Shown: positions 53,601 through 64,000 of the stretch, one piece after another
Position numbering within the stretch: the stretch's first letter is position 1
Layout: every line of letters starts with the position of its first letter
Assembly (NCBI RefSeq): GCF_964355755.1
Contig: NC_092680.1
Location: 8,866,001-8,930,000, forward strand
Source: Antedon mediterranea
Taxonomy: Eukaryota; Animalia; Echinodermata
Length of the DNA stretch: 64,000 nt
Direction: 5' to 3'
Position numbers and translations under genes: made by a program
The notes under the pieces: model-generated
Seen by the model: the letters and a program-made list of their open reading frames with translations, nothing else
What the model was told of the DNA's origin: nothing
The model's database searches: none

Positions 53601-55392
53601 TGTTAAAAATTGGAATAAATAGCGGGTCCCGTATTTTCCCCTATTCTACACTGTATGTGATTGTGATATGTATACAGATTATACTGTGTATACTATATGA
53701 CACAAAATAACAGAATTCAGCAATAACAACATAATCATATTCTTCAGTCCAGGTCATAATGCCATAATCTTTTTCCGTGTGCAATATTCCAACGTATGAC
53801 GTGCTCGTGGCGTTTGTCGTGCGGATAACTAACTCGTCAAAGTGACGAGTTTCATGTCTAGTTTTTCTTATTTCTTTCTCCCCCATTTTTGTGTCTCACG
53901 TATCTCAAAAACTTGTAAACATACATTTCATAACTTTGTCAACATATGGGCATATACGTGAAGTTGTGCACCTCCTATTTTTGAATGACGTCAGAGTTGC
54001 GCAACGTGACTTACGCGCGATTTTATGATTTTTTATGATTGACCATAGATTAAAAACCAAACGTAATTTTGTTTTGACACTTTGTGAAAATTTAAGTCAT
54101 ATCAAGTGCAAATTTTCTATGGATTAAAAATGGCATGTTTTACAAGAAGTTACGCGCGCACGCGCATTTAAAATTTCAAAATGCGCAAAATTAATTTCTA
54201 ATCAACTTTCTACGCTGATCATGACATTTTAAGCATGTCAAAAATTCCCACGCGCGCGAAAAAATTTACGCGTAAGGGGCGCACGGAGTATGAAAACCAT
54301 GTTTTTTTTCTGGAATTTTGAGTGTCCAGCCTTTCGTAGTCATTTTAAACAAGATTGACATCATTTCAAGTTAAAATGACGTCATACGTACACGTTGATT
54401 TAGACCATTTGCATGCGTTTTAGTTGCAAAAGTGACAAAATATTGTCAAAATTATGCCTATTTTGAATCTATTATAGCTCGTCAGGATCAAAGGTGACCC
54501 CAATTTGTTTTAACTTATTATGCAAGAAGATAAATTGTAGATATAAATTCATGCAGAATTTTTACCTCTCGGAAGTTATGACGTCATCGTATGGCCACAC
54601 GAATGTAAAATATAGGATTTTTGTATCTTTCGTCATAGCGCATCTCATTTAATAGAGCGCCTCTCCACTTATACGTATTCCATTTTAACCCAGATTTTGA
54701 CATTTTCTAGGTCAATCAACTATTTTACGCATGAGTAAAATTTTTTTTAATTTTTATGACGTCATCATGTCTAAAAATGTAAATAACGTGGGTCACTTAT
54801 ATTTATCTTTACAGTAAATTTTAATCTGTTATAGCTCATCAGAATAAAATGTGATAATCACGATTAAAACGTTTTCTGGAAGCTATTGGATTGTAGATAC
54901 GAATTCATGTAAACATTTTGCCAATCGGATGTTGTGACGTCATCATATGGCCAGTTGAATAAAAAAAGACGTATTTTCATATTTTGCGTAATAGTTCATC
55001 ACATTTAAAAGGGTACGCATCTATATTTTACGTATTCAAATTTCTTCTACACGTTAATATGTTGTTCCTGAGATAATTTCATTCTGAAATTGCTATCCAA
55101 GTGTTTCATTTTGATACCGTCGCCATGTTAAAAATTGGAATAAATGGCGGGTCCCGTAATTTCACCTATTCTACACTGTATGTAATATGTATACAGATTA
55201 TACTGTTTGCATGTATATACTATATGACACAAAATTGACAGAATTCAGCACTAACAGCATATCATATTCTTCAGTTCTTGTCATAATGCCATAATCTTTA
55301 TCTGTGTGCAATATTCCAACGTATGACGTGCACGTGGCGTTTGTCATAGTGCGGATAACTAACTCGTCAATGTGACGAGTTTCATGTCTAGT
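50627..55392 (+). mobile_element. Head-to-tail trimer of a ~1.5-kb Helentron-associated (HINE/DINE-1-like) non-autonomous element
   Basis: 5' subTIR TTAGTTATCCGC with adjacent inverted GCGGATAAC, repeated three times in 50627..50785. Each unit ends in GCGGATAACTAA + hairpin AACTCGTCA-AAG-TGACGAGTT + CTAG-TT, at 52344, 53861 and 55391. T-rich flanks, no TSD. Confidence 0.75.
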
Positions 55393-58300
55393 TTGTTTTT
55401 CTTTTCTACTCACTTCTGTAAAGTATAGCATGGTTCACTGCATAAATCCAAGTATATAATTTTTTCAAAAGCATTTACATTAGTTACACTGTTATTAGTA
55501 TACCACTTTACATATAAATTGATTTAGTTTTCCAACAAATTATTAGTTTAACTCATGTTAATGGCAGATTGTGGAAGACTCTTAATAATATGAAGTCCTG
55601 AAACACATTAGTTACTGCTGCAGATGAATTTGGTTTTAATCTATCATCATAAATTTCATACAGTATTTAGTCATTTCACAATCGCTGTTCATAATGGTAT
55701 AATCTGTGTTAATGTTATCAACACATATAAAATATTGACTTAATGTTAGTTAGGCTGAACCCAGTTATAACCCGGTCCAAGTAATAGCATTTGCACCAAA
55801 GGATGTACCCAACATATTGATCCAATGCTGACTACATACAAAGTATAATCTGGAGTTAACTACGACAATGCAACCATGGTTACCACTTTTGGAGCCATTG
55901 TATGACACTGACAGTTGTAATGATTGTTAACAAATCAATATAAACTAGTTGGTCATGAGCGAGCACAATTGATTTGCTAGACAGTTTACACGTTGCGAAG
56001 GTGAACAATTAGGTAAACAAAGGTGCTATAGTTGTTACAATGTTACTAAGCTTCAACTAACGTAAGTGCCTTCGGTATGGATAAATTTACACTCAATCTT
56101 TCCAAAATTTCAGTAAAAACATTATAAAAATAAAATACTTGAAATAACTTTATGGGTATCAACTACTGTACAATATTTTCAAACAAACATACTGTACGAC
56201 ACAAATAAAATATATGAGAAAAGGCAGTCTATAGTAGAAATTACTGCTTTTTTGGCTCCTCGACTACTGTATTACTTATTTCAGTAAGAAACTTTAGGTA
56301 AGCACATCGTACAAAAACAGCTCGTAAGTACAGTACTATCTTCTGCTGTTGGGCTTATTTTAAAATATAATTATTTCACATAATTATTATAGGTCAACCG
56401 ACCCTTAAACATGAAATCAATTAAAGTTTATGAGATAATGATTGTATTTTGTGTACTGTACTGTATATCATTTTTTAAATACCTAAATCAAGCCAAGCCT
56501 TTTCCTTGTTTCTATGCAACAGCACATTTTCAAACTTCTTATCAGGAACTAGTTTAATCTTATCATGTCAAATAAACTTTGATGATCATGAATTATCAGA
56601 ACAGAAACTGTTCGATAATCTATCAATTGGTATTAAATCAATAGACTTGTTTACTTTCGTGATTGGAATCAAAAATTATGTTTCCAAGGAGAGACCTTTG
56701 AAAGGCTCTGATAGTAGGAACATGTAAATTACAAACTAGGGTATTACTACTGAATGCAAGCAGAGTAATACAAACAGTACAGTGTATTAATTAATAAAAG
56801 CTTTTTACTGTAGTGCAAATATATGTGGGGGAATAGTGACTTGCGCACAGGTGTGGAAAACACATACAACAGTTTTCTTATCCCCTAAGGGTCCCTTCGT
56901 GTCAACCAACTGCCACTAATGGTGCTCATTCGTCTGTCCACAATGACTGAGATGAACCAGTATCAACTGGAAACCCCACTCTTCCGAAAGTTTTAATGGA
57001 TTCCTTAATGCAGATGTGTACAAAGTACTGTATTTTATCTGTAAATTTGTATTTTTATTTAATTTATTTAATAAATAATCTTTAGCGTAAAGACTGAATC
57101 TCTAAAACATGGATAAAGACTGCATCTCTCTAAACCATCATTTTTTTTTAATGACTCATAAAACGTACTAAGAAAGATTTTCCTGGTTCCAGGTAGTACC
57201 GAACACAAATTAGTATAATGCAGTATATCCTGATTAAACAGATAACAAATTACTCTAAAATCCAGCTCGTCAATTTCTTGAAAAAAAAAAACATTTAATA
57301 AGAATCATAATTATAATCGCTTTGCTAAATCTCATTTGATATACAGTAGTATGCTAAAGATGTCCTAGTGAAGTTCATGTATAATTCTTTTAATTTGGTT
57401 TTTTTAATTAACTTCTACAACATCCAATAAATGTTTAAAATTCAACTTTAAATCTGTGCATAAAGTTGTGTCTCTGAACGTTTCCAATAAAAAGAATGTT
57501 GCTAAAAATGTAACGGTACTCTTCAGTAGTCACATTCATGCAATTTTTCTATTCAAAATCCTTGTAAATGACCAACATGTAGCCCCCTTAATCACAGACA
57601 GACAAGAGTATTCTATAGATTACTAAGTAGACAACATACTGTGGTAATTTCAAATCATAGCTAAAGAAACCGATGGATGGAGCCTTGAGTGGAAAGAAGA
57701 CTTATTAACGTCCAATTTCAACAAGCTCTTAAAAATCTAACTTCTTCTAGTAATAAAATATTTTGTTCATATTAGAAAGCGTACTACCAAGAGGCCATAT
57801 TAAAAATGAATAAGTTGAGTATTGCCGGCGCTGTAACCTTGGTGATTGCTGATGCACATACTGTTACTGTACAGTACAGTATGTACTATAATGAAAGAGT
57901 GATTGCTCCATTTGACTTTTAACATTGTAATGTAAGATTTTCAAAAGTAAGAAAATTGAACATTAGTTGAATAATGGAACGTTTTCGCTAAACAATCACT
58001 GCCCTTGTTAATGTGGACAGACAAATAAGTGTCGTTTTAAATCTAAAATTTGTATTAGGCTAAATAATAGTCGTGACCATTATTAAGACCATATTAAGTT
58101 TGCCATTTTGTATGTTTCATGTTTTGTATTTTTATGTGCTTTTATTCTATATTTATATCTTAAGAGTTTTAAGGCATCCTGTAATTGGTGATTTTTCGCT
58201 GTTGGATGTGGTTGAAATAAAATAAAATAAAAATATTATTATTACTGTATTATGTAATAAGCATGTTTACATTTCTATTACTTACTGTTATATTTTACCA

Positions 58301-59467
58301 ATTTTTAAACAAAATTGCAGTAATACTGTACGTTTAACTAGCTAACTGTAATAATGTACAGTATGATGACATATTTTTTTATCAATCGGTTTCTGGTATG
58401 ATCAGTTTTAAATTTTTAAAACAAAAATTCACTGAATATCCAACAACAACAACAGATGCATCAATAAATCCAGACAAAATCAACACAATCTGAAGATATT
58501 ATTGAATCCAAAATATAGAATATAAATCTGATATGAAAATGAGTTGAAGCTTTCAGCAATCTTTAATATTCAAATAGCTCTCGTAATGTTCCAAAGAATA
58601 CCGATATGGAAAGCAATTTCTAGATACACAAACACGCATCACAAACAAATATTTATCACAAACCATAAAGCATTCTGTGTAATTATTTTGTTTTACAGTA
58701 ATAGTTACAAAGTTACAATTTATTTATTCAGCAGAAATATGATTTATTTTTATGTCAATACTGTTGTCATATTTTCTTTCATTTTTCTGACAAAATTCCA
58801 ATATTAATAATAATAAATAGTTGACATCTGTGGGACCTGAATGTGGACACATGTAAAGATGACAGGCAATTGTTGAATGTATGTTTGTCATTTCCAAGAT
58901 ACTATTAATTTAAAATGTGCCCCAGCATGAGTACAGTATATCAGACCAATGGTTTAGGAGTAGATAGTGTACAAAATGTTTGGCATTTCAGAGATAACTG
59001 TACATAATAAGCGATGCAGTCCATCCAATACCCTTAAAACATCAATTAAAATAAATTTTTTTTAAATTAATTAATCAATCAACCAGTTTGAATTCTCAGC
59101 TACCTGGTCATATACTGTAGTAAATGAATATTTCAACAGTAAGAGCAGCCATCTTGTTCACCTAACTTTGCATTAACCTCTAAGCTTTGGCATGTAAAAT
59201 AAAAGCTTGTACACTATAATTATTGCCCCTTTTACATCACCTAGCAAATTCAAGTGGTGACGCCCTGGTGTGTTAAAATCTGGAGTTTGCATGCTAGGTG
59301 TTGTGATGTGGACATGATGATGTCAAATCTCTACCATATTTAGGAATATTACTACCACTTTTTACAGGTACAGCAGTGTAGACAGATCTGCATGAGGTGA
59401 CTATCTAAATCTATAGTACTGTAGTCTATATCTCATGCCATTACAGTAGGTTGATTTTTAGACATTC

Positions 59468-59655
59468 TAAAGCTCTATCTACACTATCAAACTTTATGTG
59501 ACAAACAAATTTGATGTGCCCAAATATGGACATGATGATGTCATATCACTGCCATATTTGGGCATATCACTGCCATATTTGGGCATATCACTACCATATT
59601 TGGGCACATCACACTTTTTTGGTCAAACTAGTTTGATAGTGTAGACATAGCTTTA
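59468..59655. mobile_element. Short MITE (~185 bp); related copies at ~49845..50008 and ~40230..40345
   Basis: TIRs TAAAGCTCTATCTACACTATCAAACT / AGTTTGATAGTGTAGACATAGCTTTA with internal 21-bp CATATCACTGCCATATTTGGG repeats. Confidence 0.75.
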
Positions 59656-59685
59656 GATTAAATTTTATTTAAAAAAAGAACTAAC

Positions 59686-60462
59686 CTTTTTTTCTCCCTG
59701 ATCATCCTTGATACGATTGCGATTTAATAGTCCTTTCACAAAACTTTCGACTGTGTGATTAAATTTCATAAACAGTACATAAAAACAGTACATAATTAAT
59801 GACATCAGTGACTCGTACCATTCTATTTTTCCATCCCTAAATGAGATTAGCAACACTACTATGCTCAAACTGTAGAAAAAAACATCCCGAAATAGAGGCC
59901 ACCACGTCAGTTCTAGTACACCTTTGCTAAACACTGCACACATTCCAATAACAAAAAGAATATTAAATACGGCAGAACCAACAATTGTACCTATACCCAC
60001 ATCACTTGTGGATATAAACAATCCGATAATGCTTGTGCATAATTCTGGGACACTACCCCCAGCAGCCATAAAGGTGGCACCTGCGACATCGTCAGACAAT
60101 TTTAACTTTTCTGTGATTACTCCCAAAGCAGGGATAAAAAATTCATCACAAACAATCGCAAGAGCAATAAACATGTAAGCCATTCCGATAAAATGCAATA
60201 CTATCGCTCCATGTTTTTTCTGTTCATCAGTAAAGGGACCATCTGGATATAAACTACCGTTTGCAAGTAAATGCCTTGTTTGTACATAAGGCACGTACAA
60301 ATTAATTTCACCTTCATTGTTCCACCTTTTTTCTTGTTGTTCACTTAGATTATTATGCTCTCTGAAAAGTGTAGTCACATAGCCAATTACCATAACCGAT
60401 AATAACCCGATTAGCCTTGACAAACGGCATCGGCGATGCATATATCTGCGTACCGGTAACAT
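59686..60462 (-). CDS. SLC24A2: SLC24/NCKX K+-dependent Na+/Ca2+ exchanger, first coding exon (signal anchor, TM1-5, alpha-1 repeat)
   Basis: Hallmark motifs [50 protein letters not shown] and LTWWPLFRD. Phase-0 donor AAG|GTTAGT at 59686. The exon extends into the 5' UTR to an acceptor TTTCAG| at 60658. Subfamily (NCKX1/2, Nckx30C type) is inferred. Confidence 0.95.
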
Positions 60463-62254
60463 GATTTTTGCTCTTTGGTTGTTATGGTACCGGTGTCAAT
60501 TTATTGCACATTTTTATTGCACGGTTAGAAAACGTTTCTTTGCCTGTAAACGTTCACATCCCAAGTGTGGTTGAAGATGAAAATGAAGTCATCAACCGTA
60601 GTTTTGACGGCGTATGTGGACTAGATGTCTATCAAATGAAAAGCTGTTCATGTATAATCTGAAATTGAAGAAAACACAGTCAACATTACATAATTCAGTC
60701 ATGCATGTAACTAATTAAAATGCTAGACTTCAGATCCAATCAGAAGTCCCTTAAGTATCGTCACATATGCATACTTCATTTTAATTGTGTCATACAGTAT
60801 TTACTTTTTTAATCAACCAACAAAATGAGAGAAGCATTAAAATGTTTAAAAATTTGACGGTAACTAAGAAATTCCTACAAAAAATCATACAGTTACTTCC
60901 TTTTCTCTCATTGTATAACTTATCTTCTTTATTTTTTTTTTACTTTTTCTCCTATACTATTACTACTACTACTACTGAAACAAATTGTTTTATTTTAGTT
61001 AATATAAATGGAATGATTTTTTGTTACATTAAAACAATTCATCATTATCAACTAAAATGATTAACAAAAGAAATCAGTATGTATCATATTCTTTCTTTTT
61101 TTTAAAACCATATTTTAATGAGGGTGATCCATCCAGCAATTGCTGATCATTAGGGACCCTCAGAGGTTCACAAGACAAACATACAAGATGCTCTACATAA
61201 ACAAAGTCTTATTACAAATCTTTGGGAGTGGAGTTGTGCCTTAGATGTTTCTAGTTATTTAGGTAAACAATTTAGGCATTAATATGAATGTTTGCCAATC
61301 AGCTGGTTTGTGTGACATTTTATTACGCTATACACTGGTGAAAATCTTCCCTGATTTTTATGAGAATTCATAAATCTATCTATACGTAGCTTCCAAATGT
61401 ACCTAAGAGAATAAACCAATCTATTTTCAATACAAATTTTAATTTCTATTTATTAATTCAAAATGTTCAAATTCAAATTTATTTGTTCCAATAATATGTG
61501 GCTTGGTGCAACTTGCAAATTCATTTTCTGTAACTGACATTTCACCGTATTCTGTATTCAAATTTTCAAACTGAATAATTCAGTAAAGTTATCTGAATAG
61601 CTCCAAGATACGAGATGATGGATGATAAGCAAATTACTTGGGATTTTATTTACTCTTGCGTAATGTAAACAATTATAACGTGCCTAGAAATATCAACTAA
61701 TTTAAACAGAAGTAAACCGAGAAATATGAAGTCTGAATATACATTAATATGTTATATATTACGTAAATGTTATCGCACAGCTAGAGTATGACAACATTCT
61801 GTGATGTTAAGTCACGTTTTTTTAATGGCTTAATTTGGTGCATACAAAATGAGTAGAAAGATATTCAATTCCACATAAAGATAAATAATTTAGATTAATA
61901 TTGAATGAAATACTGTGTTTACAGTAATTATTAATAATTTATGCTATAATCTATTCCTTCTATTTTATAATAATGAAGTGCAAAATTGGGAAAATTTGGG
62001 TATGGAAAATATATTATTAGTTGTATGTTTTTTTAATATTTTTAAATTATCTATACTGTATACAATTTTTTATTAAGAGGACACCTCCTGACCCCAACAA
62101 TGTGTCCCCAAAATAGGTGGCCTGAATAGGCATTGGCTATAATAATGTTAAAATTATCAAAATTTTCTCTTGTTTGTTATAATCAGAAAGTTTCCCCTTA
62201 TTTGTGATGCCACTAGGGAGAGGTACAATACTGTACATTGCTATTGAAATAAAT

Positions 62255-62555
62255 ATATATTTTATACTGGGTAACCTCTTCAGTCAAAGACTGGTCTCCC
62301 AGAGGGCCCAGTTGGTGATCAGTGGCTGTGATGTACTAATACACCGGGGTAACCCCCTACTCGTCTCGAAAGATGTACTAGGTTCTTTAAAGTGCACACG
62401 AGCAAGTTGTGTACACTGGACCTACGGTTTATAGTCCTTATCCGAGAAGACTCGTTCTACCACCAGAACCATGGAGTGAGTGAGCCTCGAACCCCTGCCG
62501 ATGTTATGGCTACGTGATTACGGTTCCACTGTCTTAACCGCTCGGCCACTCACCC
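62255..62555 (-). mobile_element. tRNA-derived SINE, possibly MetaSINE-type
   Basis: Minus strand begins GGGTGAGTGGCCGAGCGGTTAAGACAG (A box) ... GGTTCGAGGC (B box-like). A central CGGATAAGGACTATAAACCGTAGGTCC...GTGCACTTTAAAGAACC core and an AT-rich tail follow. The core-domain assignment is from memory and not verified. Confidence 0.75.
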
Positions 62556-63263
62556 TATAAATGTAGATGTTGCAATACTGTTTTTATTATTAAAATTTAA
62601 TATTTTTGTTTAATGAATTTTACTAAACATATAAATTATATTATTAACCTTTCCTAGTAGCCTTTAATCAATCTTCAATCATTCAACTTTGACAGAGTCC
62701 TTTTTTGCAGACACCTCAAATTCTCTTGAATCTATTATTACTGTACATTCTTAAATTTTCCTACAACTTCTACTTAATCAATCTTTAATCATTTTAACAC
62801 AAAGTAGGCACATAAATATTGAAATTACTAGTATTACAGCAGATCGTATTGAATAAATGCTTGTATTCTTGTAAAGATAATTTACGGTCATTATATAGTG
62901 CCTGATCATACCTATCAGCACATTCATCCATCATAGAAACAAATATCACTGTTTTATAACCTAGTATCGTAACCCAGTCATTTGAATGAAGGCATTATCC
63001 AATTCACACGTATAAAAGTATGCATGTGATTGTGGACAAGAATAGATGAGGATAAAGTAGTTTACCGGTAATTTCTCATGGTTAAAATTATTCTTTCATG
63101 TTTTCATTATAATTAATATACTGTAATATGTAATTGTAAGTAGTCAACAAAATTGTAACCATAGTTACTTTTTGACCTTTGTTATCATATTAAAATCTGT
63201 ACATTTAAAATATAAACAGTTCTACAATAGGATGAATATAACTAGATACAATACTATGTATTG

Positions 63264-63608
63264 TATGGAATGCCGTTTACGCAACATTTCGATGATATGA
63301 ATTTTATAACACGAAATGTGAATAAAATGCATCGATATTAATTGAATGGCGCAATATATGAATGAAATGTTTTGAATGAAATGCATTGAATCAAGTGTTT
63401 TGAAAGAAATGTTTTGAATGAAATGCTTTGAATCAAGTGTTTTGAAAGAAATGTTTTGAATGAAATGTTTTGAATGGAATGTTTGAATGTTTCAATTCAA
63501 AGCATTTCATTCATATATCGTGCCATTCAATTCATACCGATGCATTTCATTCACATATCGCGTTATAAAATTCATATCATCGAAATGTTGCGTAAACGGC
63601 GTTCCATA
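63264..63608. mobile_element. Foldback element copy 3 (central module absent)
   Basis: TATGGAATGCCGTTTACGCAAC...GTTGCGTAAACGGCGTTCCATA termini enclosing only GAATGAAATGTTTT-type units. Confidence 0.8.
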
Positions 63609-64000
63609 CAATACACTACAATGTAACTTATTATTTAATCAAGGGGGTTAATATAGCTGTAAAATTATGTTCATACTGTAATAAATATTCTATGCAAATA
63701 ATGATTAAATAATATAGTGTTTTCTTCTTTCAAAAAACCAAAACAAATGTAGTTATTATAATTACATACTGTAGTAAGTCTGGTTTACAGTACCTGTACA
63801 TCATTTGTTTCCACAAGGAAATAAAGTAATGTTGAAAATGTTTCAACATTGGTTATTATGCTACAACAATATCTTATGATGCTTAGCAAGTAAAATTAAG
63901 GCGATATACAGTGGAACCGTTAGACTTGCCCCAAGTCTGTATTATCTTCTTTTTTTTCATTTATTTGTTTTTTATTTCGACCGCGATTTTTGTCTGAAAA

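Noticed and set aside
53641-53886. Similar ORFs at 53641..53886 and 55198..55431 suggesting a duplicated gene
   Set aside because: They lie in the 3' ends of the Helentron-type repeat units and the frame is not conserved between units.
59924-60178. Plus-strand ORFs overlapping NCKX exons (also 26846..27055 and 31987..32199)
   Set aside because: They are antisense shadows of the real minus-strand coding exons.
62470-62555. tRNA-like sequence on the minus strand
   Set aside because: It has A and B boxes but no complete cloverleaf, and it continues into a SINE body and tail.

Overview
AT-rich, intron-containing animal genomic DNA. It is probably from an invertebrate deuterostome such as an echinoderm, which is inferred from composition and repeat content only. 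Three protein-coding genes are supported. (1) A two-exon Mcl-1-like anti-apoptotic Bcl-2 family gene on the minus strand (17820..17200 + 16933..16811). (2) About 1.1 kb away and head-to-head with it, a small plus-strand ORF (18908..19207) encoding a 99-aa protein with two tandem BH3 motifs and a Noxa-like FxQK tail, a candidate BH3-only antagonist sharing a bidirectional CpG-rich promoter with its likely target. (3) A K+-dependent Na+/Ca2+ exchanger (SLC24/NCKX2-like) on the minus strand, with seven coding exons between 60462 and 26834 (620 aa as assembled here) and a 26-kb intron holding several exon-like islands. The rest is non-autonomous mobile DNA (foldback/MITE families, a tandem trimer of a Helentron-type element, a tRNA-derived SINE, LINE fragments) and tandem repeats, some built from MITEs. 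The Mcl-1/BH3-only divergent pair is the most interesting observation. All calls were made by eye with no database search.
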